A stretch of DNA of 64,000 nucleotides from positions 102,663 to 166,662 of the forward strand of contig JBBTSM010000003.1 in the NCBI GenBank assembly GCA_038064675.1, read 5' to 3'. Shown here piece by piece: positions 44,467 to 53,291 of this stretch. The translations under genes and the position numbers were made by a program. This stretch comes from Patescibacteria group bacterium (GTDB lineage Bacteria > Patescibacteriota > Patescibacteriia > UBA9934). Positions within the stretch are counted from its first letter, which is position 1; each line of letters opens with the position of its first letter. A model generated the notes under the pieces. The model was not told where the DNA came from, ran no database searches, and worked only from the letters and a program-made list of their open reading frames with translations.

Positions 44467-44724
44467 CAGAACTCCAGGGGTAGGTTCGGTGCGCAGCCAA
44501 GCAAAGAAACTTCGCTGACCACCGAGCCTACCCCAACCGATCTGAACAATAAATAATAACAGAAAAATGCCGTTTTGTCAACGAATTTCGCAATATTCTT
44601 CGCAAATATTCGCCAAGAAATATGTTGACACCCTAAAAAAACGACCGATTCCCTGTCCACCGCTGAGATTTGCCAAATTTATAGGGTTCAGGTAGCATTC
44701 CCGCATTCGAAACCATCTCTACTT

Positions 44725-44955
44725 ATGAGCAAAGTCTGCATGATCACGGGGAAAACCCCATTGACTGGCAACAATGTCAGCCACTCCAACGTCAAATCGA
44801 AGCGTCGCCAGATGCCAAATTTGCAAAAGAAAACGGTGATTAACCCAGCAACCGGCAAGCCAGTGGTGCTCATGGTTTCTAGCCGCGGCATCCGCACCCT
44901 TGCAAAGTGGGTACGTGAAGGCAGCAAAGTCGATCTCCGCTACTTCATCGAGTAA
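44725..44955 (+). CDS. rpmB: 50S ribosomal protein L28
   Basis: MSKVCMITGKTPLTGNNVSHSNVKSKRRQMPNLQ. Confidence 0.97.
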   Translation: MSKVCMITGKTPLTGNNVSHSNVKSKRRQMPNLQKKTVINPATGKPVVLMVSSRGIRTLAKWVREGSKVDLRYFIE

Positions 44956-44964
44956 TCAATAAAC

Positions 44965-44996
44965 CAAAAACGCCCCGAGCAATCGGAGCGTTTTTG
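44965..44996. terminator. Bidirectional terminator
   Basis: CAAAAACGCCCCGA-GCAA-TCGGAGCGTTTTTG. Confidence 0.7.
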
Positions 44997-45003
44997 TTTT
45001 TCA

Positions 45004-46002
45004 TTAAGCTTGTGTGTAGGCGCCGTCCTTGTACACGACTTCCCCGTCGATCGTGACGGTCGTCACATCGACGAACACATCAACGTGGTACTTACTCGAT
45101 CGCTTCGGGAATCCTTCCTTGGTATACACCGAATGTTTCTGGCCAAGGGAAAGGTGAATGCCGCACATGCGTTCGTAGCTCCCAATATCGGTGAGCCTCC
45201 TATTTCGAGTGAGCGCACGGTTCATACCAAATCCAAGTTCGCGAACCCACAAAAGCTCATCGGCGCGAATCTGATCCATCACCGCGGTGAATGATTCTGG
45301 CGGATGAATCGCTTCAACAAGAATGCCGTTTTCGATGCGAACGAGTACGGGCTCCGGTGGGACGATCACATGAAAATCTGCATCGGCGTATGCAAAGAGC
45401 TTCGCGAGCCCGTTTGCTTTGGAGAAATCCGCAGCCTCGGTGAACACTTCGCCGATCGGAAACATTCCTCCAGTATTTTTCATTCCCGTGTAATCGCCAG
45501 TATTCAACTTCGCGGACTCGAACGGGCCGTCGTACACCAGCTCAGTTCCCTCGCAGGAAACGATGATCTGTTTCGCATTATCGATCTTGTTCTTCAACCA
45601 CGGCCCAACGGTGTGATAGTACTGTTCATCGTATGCGAGAGAATCGAGATAGATTTCGTGCTCCTCTTCTGGCATGCGGCCAAGGTGTGGATGTTCGATG
45701 ACGGCAAGATTGCGATTGAACAGTTCAAGACGGAATCGGAATTCGTTCAAACGGAAACTGCCCGATTGAACGAGGACGACAAGACCTCCTGGCGCCAATG
45801 TATCAATCGCGGCGCGGACCGCATCTGGTGTTGTGTCGTCAAAATTGATTTCAATCGCGTTCGTCAAAACATTCCGATACGCCCGAGAAAGACGGGTGGA
45901 AAGCGGCGATTGTTCATCGAAGACAATAATCGACGGATGCGCTACATCGATCCGAAATGCTTTGGTGATGATGTCGAAGATATTTTGCTCAAGAACGGAC
46001 AT
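45004..46002 (-). CDS. Aminopeptidase T/M29-like metalloprotease
   Basis: FPIGEVFT, RELGFG, GIHLSLG, HVDV. Confidence 0.7.
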   Translation of the reverse strand: MSVLEQNIFDIITKAFRIDVAHPSIIVFDEQSPLSTRLSRAYRNVLTNAIEINFDDTTPDAVRAAIDTLAPGGLVVLVQSGSFRLNEFRFRLELFNRNLAVIEHPHLGRMPEEEHEIYLDSLAYDEQYYHTVGPWLKNKIDNAKQIIVSCEGTELVYDGPFESAKLNTGDYTGMKNTGGMFPIGEVFTEAADFSKANGLAKLFAYADADFHVIVPPEPVLVRIENGILVEAIHPPESFTAVMDQIRADELLWVRELGFGMNRALTRNRRLTDIGSYERMCGIHLSLGQKHSVYTKEGFPKRSSKYHVDVFVDVTTVTIDGEVVYKDGAYTQA

Positions 46003-46116
46003 AGAAAAAAATCATATCTGAAATCTGAAGAATTGTCACATTTCCTCCGACCATCCACAGCCAGAGATTCCTCCCCGTTTTAATCATGAGACAATCGCCT
46101 TAGCCACGGAGAGTTC

Positions 46117-47361
46117 ATGGCACAGGAACTGGCGGTTACCCACGCCCGCCGGATCCATGCCTTGGATCCGCGCGAGCTCAGAGATATTTTCAGCGATGTG
46201 GTGTGCGAGCCCTACACCACCGTACAGGCGTTGGCATGGGGATCGTACGTACCTGTTGCACAGGTGCGAAAGACGTTTCAGGACATTGAGCACCTCGCAA
46301 AAGACATCGCGCTTCGCGGAATGCTCAATCCGCAAACCGTGTTCGCGTTCCCGCTTCCCGTCGCAGAGCGCTACGTGCGCGCAGTGAACGTGATGTGGGG
46401 AAGCAATCACACCATCGCGGATCTTCCCAGAGGAACGTTCCGCGACGAACCCGTCTGCTTCATTCTCATTGCCGGTGAACGGCGCTTTCGAGCGCTCCAT
46501 CAGCTGTGGATGACGGGATGTGAACGTTGCCGTGAAACACACGGGAACGAGTCCGAAGGAACGTGCTTCTCTCGGCATTTCCCGCACGCGCTCGTACCCG
46601 TGAATCTCAAAGTGGGGTTCACGCCCTACGATGCGCTCACGGACCAATTCGCCGAGAACACCCACCACCGGCCACAGCCGGCCGAGGAAGCTGTGGGTTT
46701 CCGCGTGTTCTACGAGTTGATGCGCGTTCGGGAACCGACGCTTGAGGTGTCCGCATTCGCACGGCGCATTGGGCACAATCCGGAACGCGTTCGCGCAGCA
46801 CTTCGCTACACCACACTCCCGGAGTTCATCCAAGAAGCCGTTACCGAGGGGAAAATTCCGTACTCCAGCGCCCTCGCACTGGAGCGGTACCATCGGGAAC
46901 GCGCATCAGAAGACGAGCTACGGTACTGGCTCCAACGAGCCATTGCAGAAGCGGAAATGTCGGCGCACAGGCTGGAAGAACTTCTTCGGGAGGACATCCA
47001 GCACTGGAGATCGTCGCAACTCGGCTTATTCGGGAGCGCAGTCAACGCACTTGAGAAGACGAAGACGCGCGCAGTGTTCGACACGGCAATCAGTCGAGCC
47101 CTCGATCGCATCAATGGATTTCTTTCACACGCAGTGAATGCGCGAAAGAACGGACTCATTGGCGACCGGGATTCCCCTTTCGCCTCGGGATCGATCGCAC
47201 ACGCAGTCGTCCGGATCTACGATCTTCTCGACGGCATCGTTCCCGCGATTCGTCGCGACCTCACACGACAAGAACAGAAACGCATCGAGGGAACTCGAAA
47301 CGGTCTGAACGACGACATCACGTGGATTCGGGAACGCACCGATGACACGGACGTCAACTGA
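46117..47361 (+). CDS. ParB/Spo0J-like protein with insertions
   Basis: QVRKTF..LAKDI..RGMLNP; LIAGERRFRA; AENTHHR..PAEEA; HTH; CERC..C..H insert. Confidence 0.75.
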   Translation: MAQELAVTHARRIHALDPRELRDIFSDVVCEPYTTVQALAWGSYVPVAQVRKTFQDIEHLAKDIALRGMLNPQTVFAFPLPVAERYVRAVNVMWGSNHTIADLPRGTFRDEPVCFILIAGERRFRALHQLWMTGCERCRETHGNESEGTCFSRHFPHALVPVNLKVGFTPYDALTDQFAENTHHRPQPAEEAVGFRVFYELMRVREPTLEVSAFARRIGHNPERVRAALRYTTLPEFIQEAVTEGKIPYSSALALERYHRERASEDELRYWLQRAIAEAEMSAHRLEELLREDIQHWRSSQLGLFGSAVNALEKTKTRAVFDTAISRALDRINGFLSHAVNARKNGLIGDRDSPFASGSIAHAVVRIYDLLDGIVPAIRRDLTRQEQKRIEGTRNGLNDDITWIRERTDDTDVN

Positions 47362-47368
47362 CGACGAA

Positions 47369-47403
47369 GGGCGGCCAGCAATGGCCGCCCGTGTTGTTTT
47401 TTT
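47369..47403. terminator. Intrinsic terminator
   Basis: GGGCGGCCA-GCAA-TGGCCGCCC followed by a T-rich tail. Confidence 0.65.
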
Positions 47404-48035
47404 TATTCCCTCACGTCACTCACCGCTTTTTCAACCACCGTCTTCCCCCTTCCTGCCGCCATTGCTCGAAGCACGATGTAAACCACAATGATGATGAAGA
47501 GGCCGATGCCTACCCAACGCAACCCTCGATGAATCGAGCTCCAGAACTGTCCAAAGAAAAATCCAATGGCAAGGTATGACGCGGACCACAAGACACCGCT
47601 CGTGATGTTCATCACCATGAACGAGCGCCATTTCATCTTGAGCGCGCCGGCAATAAACGGAACGAACGGACGGAGTGGACCAATGAATCTGCCAAGGAAC
47701 ACACCGGCTACACCGTATTCGTGCATAAACTTTTCTGCACGATCGACTATGTTTTGTGCAAACAACCGTGGAAAGCGCTTTGCAGGATCAATCCCCTGTC
47801 GGCCAAGAACAAAGCTAAACACGTCGCCGAGAATAGCGCCAATGGCGCCAATGAGAATTGCATCGCCGATATTGTAGATGCCTTGCGAGATAACGAAACC
47901 GAACAGCACAACGAACGTTGCACCTGGAACAAGAATGCCCACAACGGCGATGGATTCCCCGAATGCAAATGCAAACAGCAAGGCGTATGCCCAATTGCCA
48001 AGCTGTGAGATCCAGGGAAGCCAATGATTAAACAT
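47403..48035 (-). CDS. DedA family membrane protein
   Basis: FGES..GILVPG, LGDVFSF, FLGRFIGPLRPFVPFIAG. Confidence 0.92.
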   Translation of the reverse strand: MFNHWLPWISQLGNWAYALLFAFAFGESIAVVGILVPGATFVVLFGFVISQGIYNIGDAILIGAIGAILGDVFSFVLGRQGIDPAKRFPRLFAQNIVDRAEKFMHEYGVAGVFLGRFIGPLRPFVPFIAGALKMKWRSFMVMNITSGVLWSASYLAIGFFFGQFWSSIHRGLRWVGIGLFIIIVVYIVLRAMAAGRGKTVVEKAVSDVRE

Positions 48036-48600
48036 ATTGCGTAGGAGGGTGCTCGAATGTAATCAACGGCATGTGGTTTTTCATGATGTCCTGCGGAATA
48101 CCGAGCTCTTCGAGATACACGGTAGAGACCTCACAGAACTTTGCGTCGGCGTAATTGAATCCAAGAAGTTCCGACGCCGTGCGAACCGTCGCCTCGTCGT
48201 GCGCTTCGACCTCAACAAACGGTCGGAGACCCGGCCATGTGTCGATCGTCACCTCCGCACCGTTCAACATCCATGCCTCGCGCAATGTTTCTTGATACGC
48301 CTTCTTCTCCGCGCCGATTGCCGACAAGAAATCCACAGCGTTGTCGAAATCATCAACCGTCACCATCACTTCTTTCTGATCCTCAATTGCACTACCATTC
48401 ACCACCTTCAACGACATCGTAATCGTCTCCCCCTCGTCGCGAACCCGCATCCAGCCGCCAGGAATAGCAATCGGCGGGTTAAACACCGTTCGCCGCATCA
48501 ACGATTCCTTTTTTACAAGCGTTCCGCCGACTTCGTGAAGCTTTGCCCGTACGGCGCTTTTATCGATCCCCGTAAATGTGGCCTCGAATTCGATTTGCAT
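48028..48600 (-). CDS. CYTH domain protein (class IV adenylate cyclase-like)
   Basis: IEFEATF, WMRVRDEG, ETLREAW, FVEVE; start at 48600. Confidence 0.85.
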   Translation of the reverse strand: MQIEFEATFTGIDKSAVRAKLHEVGGTLVKKESLMRRTVFNPPIAIPGGWMRVRDEGETITMSLKVVNGSAIEDQKEVMVTVDDFDNAVDFLSAIGAEKKAYQETLREAWMLNGAEVTIDTWPGLRPFVEVEAHDEATVRTASELLGFNYADAKFCEVSTVYLEELGIPQDIMKNHMPLITFEHPPTQYV

Positions 48601-48688
48601 AGAATATCCTTGAGGATAGCGCCCCCACGCTCTTCTTGCCAGGGCGCTCTTCAACATGATACGATTCGGCCGTTCTTTTCTGAGTTTT

Positions 48689-48764
48689 GCCGAAATAGCT
48701 CAGCTGGTAGAGCAACGGTTTTGTAAACCGTAGGTCACCGGTTCGAATCCGGTTTTCGGCTCCA
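48689..48764 (+). tRNA. tRNA-Thr (TGT)
   Basis: GCCGAAA/TTTCGGC-T-CCA; anticodon loop TTTGTAA; TTCGAAT. Confidence 0.96.
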
Positions 48765-48765
48765 G

Positions 48766-48851
48766 GGGTTGGTACTCAAGCGGTCAACGAGGAGAGACTG
48801 TAAATCTCTTGGCTTGCGCCTTCGAAGGTTCGAATCCTTCCCAACCCACCA
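48766..48851 (+). tRNA. tRNA-Tyr (GTA)
   Basis: GGGTTGG/CCAACCC-A-CCA; anticodon loop CTGTAAA; long variable arm. Confidence 0.96.
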
Positions 48852-48853
48852 TC

Positions 48854-48978
48854 AGAAAAGCTCATAAAATTGCCCAGGGCGTTGTCGTCGCCTTGCGCCC
48901 CGTCCTCACCGTACACTGTGGTACGCCTCGGACGGTGCTCGGCTCCTCCTAGCCCTGAACAATTTTATGAGCTTTTCT
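48854..48978. repeat. Palindromic GTAC-core element, copy 3
   Basis: 19-bp perfect terminal inverted repeat AGAAAAGCTCATAAAATTG; core CTCACCGTACACTGTGGTACGCCTCG. Confidence 0.7.
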
Positions 48979-49022
48979 CATTCACTTTGTGCCGATTCGT
49001 AAGAATTTGAAATGATAAGACC

Positions 49023-49147
49023 GGAAAAAGTGCTAAGTTTGCGTAGTGCTAGGAGCGGCGAGGATCGCAGCGAAACGTACTTCACGGTACGTTGAGCGAG
49101 AACCGGAGCAAGCAACAACGCAATACGCAAACTTGGGCACATTTTCC
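49023..49147. repeat. Palindromic GTAC-core element, copy 4 (opposite orientation)
   Basis: GTGCTAAGTTTGCGTA...TACGCAAACTTGGGCAC; reverse-strand core GCTCAACGTACCGTGAAGTACG. Confidence 0.7.
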
Positions 49148-49149
49148 CC

Positions 49150-49225
49150 GCCGCAGTAGCTCAGATGGTAGAGCGCATCCATGGTAAGGATGAGGTCTCG
49201 GGTTCGATCCCCGACTGTGGCTCCA
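49150..49225 (+). tRNA. tRNA-Thr (GGT)
   Basis: GCCGCAG/CTGTGGC-T-CCA; anticodon loop ATGGTAA; TTCGATC. Confidence 0.96.
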
Positions 49226-49226
49226 C

Positions 49227-49254
49227 AAAACATCGACCAATCGGTCGATGTTTT
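49227..49254 (+). terminator. Terminator of the tRNA cluster
   Basis: AAAACATCGACC-AATC-GGTCGATGTTTT. Confidence 0.75.
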
Positions 49255-49375
49255 GTTTTAGCGCCTTCTTTACTTTCCCCCATTTTTCTGCCTATACTTC
49301 CCCGTCATGCTTTCGAGCCTGACAGCCCCGTGGCGAGGTTTCGCCGATTGTCCGCGTACAAAATCAGGAGCAGCC

Positions 49376-49954
49376 ATGCTCATCTCGCTTCTTCTCGGTC
49401 TCGCCCTCGCGCCCGAGGCGTCGGCAGCCACGCTGTCGCCGCAAATCCTCATGAAGGTCCACAGCCGGATCCACCTCGAGGGAGACGGCGACTGGGACTT
49501 CGGAGTATTCACAAGCGGGTTGATGATCACGAGCGGATCCCCCCTGTCCTTCTGGTACGTCGGCCCGGGAAAGCAGATCACCCCGTGGTGGTGGTCGAGC
49601 GTTCGTCCCGGCATCGTGTTCAACTTCCCGACCGGGGGCGACGCGATGCCCATCATCTCCTGGTGGAATTCGCTTGATCCCACGGATGATTTCTCGTTCT
49701 TCCTGGAGGGCGACTACTACCCCGTCAGCCTGAAGGGCAGCGATCCCATCTACTACGGGTACTACGGCGCAAGCTACACGCCGAAGATCTTCGACCTGGG
49801 CGTGCAAGCTGAACAGGTAAACCTAAGCCTGACGGCGGGCCCGCACGCCCTCATCAAGCTGGGCAAGTTCATCACCACCGGGGCGGAGTACTACTGGGAC
49901 TTCAAGAAAGGCCACACCGTCCGCATCATCTTCGACGTTGGAGCAGACATGTGA
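49376..49954 (+). CDS. Secreted beta-strand-rich hypothetical protein (beta-barrel-like)
   Basis: AGGAG Shine-Dalgarno; signal peptide MLISLLLGLALAPEASA; aromatic/Gly amphipathic strands. Confidence 0.6.
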   Translation: MLISLLLGLALAPEASAATLSPQILMKVHSRIHLEGDGDWDFGVFTSGLMITSGSPLSFWYVGPGKQITPWWWSSVRPGIVFNFPTGGDAMPIISWWNSLDPTDDFSFFLEGDYYPVSLKGSDPIYYGYYGASYTPKIFDLGVQAEQVNLSLTAGPHALIKLGKFITTGAEYYWDFKKGHTVRIIFDVGADM

Positions 49955-50131
49955 CGCACCGCCCTCGGTGGCCGGCCACACGGGCCGTCCTCAGTGGGCG
50001 GTTTCGTGTTTTCAGCACCTTGTTTAATTGATTCTTTCGTCATTTCCGTCTACAATGTTTGGTCCGCTCCTTCGAGCCGACAACCTGCAGCGAGGATTCG
50101 TTGCTCCATTCTCACACCGCAGAGGTGCCCT

Positions 50132-50668
50132 TTGACGCATTTCATTTCAGATCTTCTTCTTGTTTGCTCCACCGACGAGGCAGAGCATTTCCTTCAGCCC
50201 ATGCTCAACGCGGCACTCGACGTCGTCCTGCCGCTGGCCCAGGTTCTGGACCCCACCGATACGGGCGTCGTGTTCATGTTCTGGCGCATCGGCGACGACG
50301 GGCACAGACCGCTCGTCGTGCTCCGCGGCGGCAATGTGTCGCCCGAGAAGGACGGCTGGTACATGGAGAACGCCATGCGGAAGCTGGCCGCGCTCGCGGA
50401 CAACCCGGGCATCGTCTCCACGGCCGAGGTCGCCAATCCGACCGTCGAGCTCTTCGGCGGCGGCACGCGGCTATTCGACGGGCGCCTCGCCTACATCTCC
50501 GCGGGCCTCAACTCCTGGTTCGACGAAATGGTGGACTGCATCATGGCCTGGAGCATCGGCCACACGACCGTAGCGGAGATGCGCCGCGTGGCGGAGATCA
50601 GTAAGAACCCGCATCTCAACGCCTACCTCGACGACCTCGAAGGGAAGCTCCGAAGAGTGCGACAGTAG
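50132..50668 (+). CDS. Hypothetical protein, divergent GlcG/HbpS-like paralog A
   Basis: TTG start after AGAGG; NAMRKL..FGGGTR..ISAGL..FDE..AEISKN. Confidence 0.55.
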   Translation: MTHFISDLLLVCSTDEAEHFLQPMLNAALDVVLPLAQVLDPTDTGVVFMFWRIGDDGHRPLVVLRGGNVSPEKDGWYMENAMRKLAALADNPGIVSTAEVANPTVELFGGGTRLFDGRLAYISAGLNSWFDEMVDCIMAWSIGHTTVAEMRRVAEISKNPHLNAYLDDLEGKLRRVRQ

Positions 50669-50672
50669 CGCA

Positions 50673-50719
50673 CGACAACGCAGCCCCGCGACGAGAGCCC
50701 CACGCTCCGGCGCGGGGTT
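50673..50719 (+). repeat. 47-bp direct repeat (3' hairpin), copy A
   Basis: 46/47 identical to 51389-51435. Confidence 0.9.
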
Positions 50720-50846
50720 TCTCAGTTTTAAGGAATTATTCGTTGTTTTTTCTCTCAATCTCTGTATAGAATGTTTGGTCCGTTCCTTCGGGGCCGGGCC
50801 AGGGGCGAACCATCGCTCAGAAACGTATCGTCTAGGAAGGGCTCCA

Positions 50847-51386
50847 ATGACCCCGTACGAACTCATCGATTCCAACGGACCCGAAGCCGAAGTAGCGCTG
50901 CTCGCTGCATTCACACACGCGCTCGGTTGCGTGCTCCCGCATGTGGCTTCCCCCGCCGGGTCAAACGACCCGGAGGTGCTCCTCGCCTTCTACCGGTGGG
51001 AGTCCAAGGATCACGAGCCGAAAGCGTTCCATAGGCGGGCATTCGTCAGCAACGAGGCAGTCCCCAGCGGCTCCGTTCGAGGGCACATCGCGGCCACTGT
51101 CCCGATTGCCCAGGCATTCGGCAGCTACCATCTGGGCGCCTCGTCCCTCCAGGGTCGGGATGAAGCTGCCGGAGTGCTCGGTGGTGGGGTGCGCATCAAC
51201 CGCGATTTCGTCTTCATCACCACCGGCAAAATTCCTGAGTGGGCCCGGGAGATGGTCTCCATCCTGACGGCGGTGAAGCTCGAGCTCTTGAGCCCTATCC
51301 AAGCCCGTCTGATCGCACTCGCCAGCGACAACACACATCTCCTTCGCCACACCTTCGCCCAGGCTGAAACGGAAAAGGAAGGATAG
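50847..51386 (+). CDS. Hypothetical protein, divergent GlcG/HbpS-like paralog B
   Basis: AGGAAGG Shine-Dalgarno; SSLQGRDE..LGGGVR..PEWARE..ALASDN. Confidence 0.55.
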   Translation: MTPYELIDSNGPEAEVALLAAFTHALGCVLPHVASPAGSNDPEVLLAFYRWESKDHEPKAFHRRAFVSNEAVPSGSVRGHIAATVPIAQAFGSYHLGASSLQGRDEAAGVLGGGVRINRDFVFITTGKIPEWAREMVSILTAVKLELLSPIQARLIALASDNTHLLRHTFAQAETEKEG

Positions 51387-51388
51387 TG

Positions 51389-51435
51389 CGACAACGCAAC
51401 CCCGCGACGAGAGCCCCACGCTCCGGCGCGGGGTT
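51389..51435 (+). repeat. 47-bp direct repeat (3' hairpin), copy B
   Basis: CGACAACGCAACCCCGCGACGAGAGCCCCACGCTCCGGCGCGGGGTT. Confidence 0.9.
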
Positions 51436-51501
51436 CTCTGATTTTAAGAAAAATTGTTCTTTCCCCGATTTTTTGCTACGATTCCCCCTTCAAAACTTCC
51501 T

Positions 51502-53289
51502 ATGAAAAAGCGAACAAAAATCATTCTTTCCGTTCTTGGCGTCCTCATTATTGGCGGAATCGCGTACGGCGCGACTCATCAAGGTTCCGGCGTTGTCGTC
51601 ACCACCGAAACTGTAAAACGTGGGGATATTCACCAAACCGTGGAAGTCACTGGCGACACGCAGAGCGTCAAAGATCTCGATCTCGCGTTTAGCACGAGCG
51701 GCATTATCGCCGTCATGAACGTTGCCATCGGGGACACGGTGAACGCCGGCGATACTCTCGCCGTGCTTTCTGAAGCCAAAATCGCCGCAAGCCTTGCACA
51801 GGCTGCTGGCGCCGTGGAACAAGCGCAGGCTGCGCTCGATCTGAAGACTGCAGGATCTGCGGACGAGGAGCTCGCCGTGTACCAGGCTACCGTCACCGCA
51901 GCAGAAGCAAGCCTTGCGAACGCGACCATCGAATCTGAACAAACAAAAACCACTGGCGATACCAATGTCGCAAGCGCAACGGACGATCTTGCTCATATTT
52001 CCTCATCGACCGCCGCAACTCTCTCATACGCACAGCAGGACGAGCTCGAAGCACTGCGCTCGCTTGTTGCTGAAGTACGATCAGCACTGAGCTCGGCCGA
52101 CGCAGTTCTTGGAGTTGAGAACAACCTTGTGAATGTGGATTTCGATCAAGATCTTGGCATCGCCGATCCACAGTCGTTCCCCGATGCAATCGACGCGTTT
52201 GTTGTTGCTGCAAAGAGCCGCGATGCTGCGGAGGACGCGCTCACTATTGCGAGTCTCGAGGACGCGACAACACTTTCTGTTGCGAGCGCCGCTGCACAAA
52301 CTGCGTATACCAACACATATTTCACCCTCATCGCCACCAGCCGTACCCTTGATGCAACAACCGGCGGATCGTCGACGCTCTCGCTCGATGCTCTGGATGC
52401 AATGAAGGTGTCGATTGCTGGCGCAACATCGGCGCTCACTGCAGACGGAAGCGCGCTTACCAATGCAGAGCAGACCCTCGAAACCGCAACGCGATCTGCA
52501 ACGAACGATGTGACCGACGCACAGAATGCGCTTGCAAAAGCGCAGGCGTCGCGTGACCAGAACAATGCAAGTGCCGCGTCTTCCCTTTCACAGCACGTTT
52601 CCGATCTCGCAAAGGCAAAAGCACAGCTTGCGCAAATCGCTGCAACGCCACGCACTGTTGACCTTGCCGGGCTTCGCGCCGCCGTCGCTATTGCCCAAGC
52701 GCAGTACAGCACAGCCCTTGCAGGTGCCGCAGATGCGCAAATCAACGCGCCAATCGATGGTATCGTCACCGCGGTGAACGCAGACGTAGGCGAACAGGCT
52801 TCCGCGGGAACACCGATGATTACGCTTCTTGGAACGTCAGACCAATTTGAAATCGTCATGGACATTCCTGAAGCCGACATCGCAAAGGTCCACGTTGGCC
52901 AACCGAGTATCATCACGTTCGACGCGTTCGGCGACGACCACGCATTCAGCGGATCCGTTCTCAGCGTGAATCCCGCAGAGAAGCTCATCGAAGGCGTCGT
53001 CTTCTACGAAGCAAAAGTCATTCTCGACAATGGCGCCGACGTGAGCGGCGTGAAATCCGGCATGTCTGCAAACGTCACCATCGATACACATGACGTTCTC
53101 GGTGCATTGTTTATTCCAAAACGCGCAATCCTTGAAGACGCAAACGGAAAATACGTTCGTATTCCGAAGGACGACACTGGTGCGTTCGATCGCCGATCAG
53201 TGACAGTTGGCTTGTATGGCGACGATGGTTCTGCAGAAATCTTGAGCGGCCTTTCTGAAGGCGAAACCATTATCGTGACCATCCGATAA
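51502..53289 (+). CDS. Membrane-fusion/periplasmic adaptor protein (MacA/HlyD-like) with a long coiled coil
   Basis: N-terminal TM; V..GD.V.AGD.LA; INAPIDGIV; GMSANVTI; ILSGLSEGE. Confidence 0.88.
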   Translation: MKKRTKIILSVLGVLIIGGIAYGATHQGSGVVVTTETVKRGDIHQTVEVTGDTQSVKDLDLAFSTSGIIAVMNVAIGDTVNAGDTLAVLSEAKIAASLAQAAGAVEQAQAALDLKTAGSADEELAVYQATVTAAEASLANATIESEQTKTTGDTNVASATDDLAHISSSTAATLSYAQQDELEALRSLVAEVRSALSSADAVLGVENNLVNVDFDQDLGIADPQSFPDAIDAFVVAAKSRDAAEDALTIASLEDATTLSVASAAAQTAYTNTYFTLIATSRTLDATTGGSSTLSLDALDAMKVSIAGATSALTADGSALTNAEQTLETATRSATNDVTDAQNALAKAQASRDQNNASAASSLSQHVSDLAKAKAQLAQIAATPRTVDLAGLRAAVAIAQAQYSTALAGAADAQINAPIDGIVTAVNADVGEQASAGTPMITLLGTSDQFEIVMDIPEADIAKVHVGQPSIITFDAFGDDHAFSGSVLSVNPAEKLIEGVVFYEAKVILDNGADVSGVKSGMSANVTIDTHDVLGALFIPKRAILEDANGKYVRIPKDDTGAFDRRSVTVGLYGDDGSAEILSGLSEGETIIVTIR

Positions 53290-53291
53290 GT

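Noticed and set aside
50673-51435. CRISPR repeats
   Set aside because: Only two copies about 716 bp apart with a gene between them; no cas genes.
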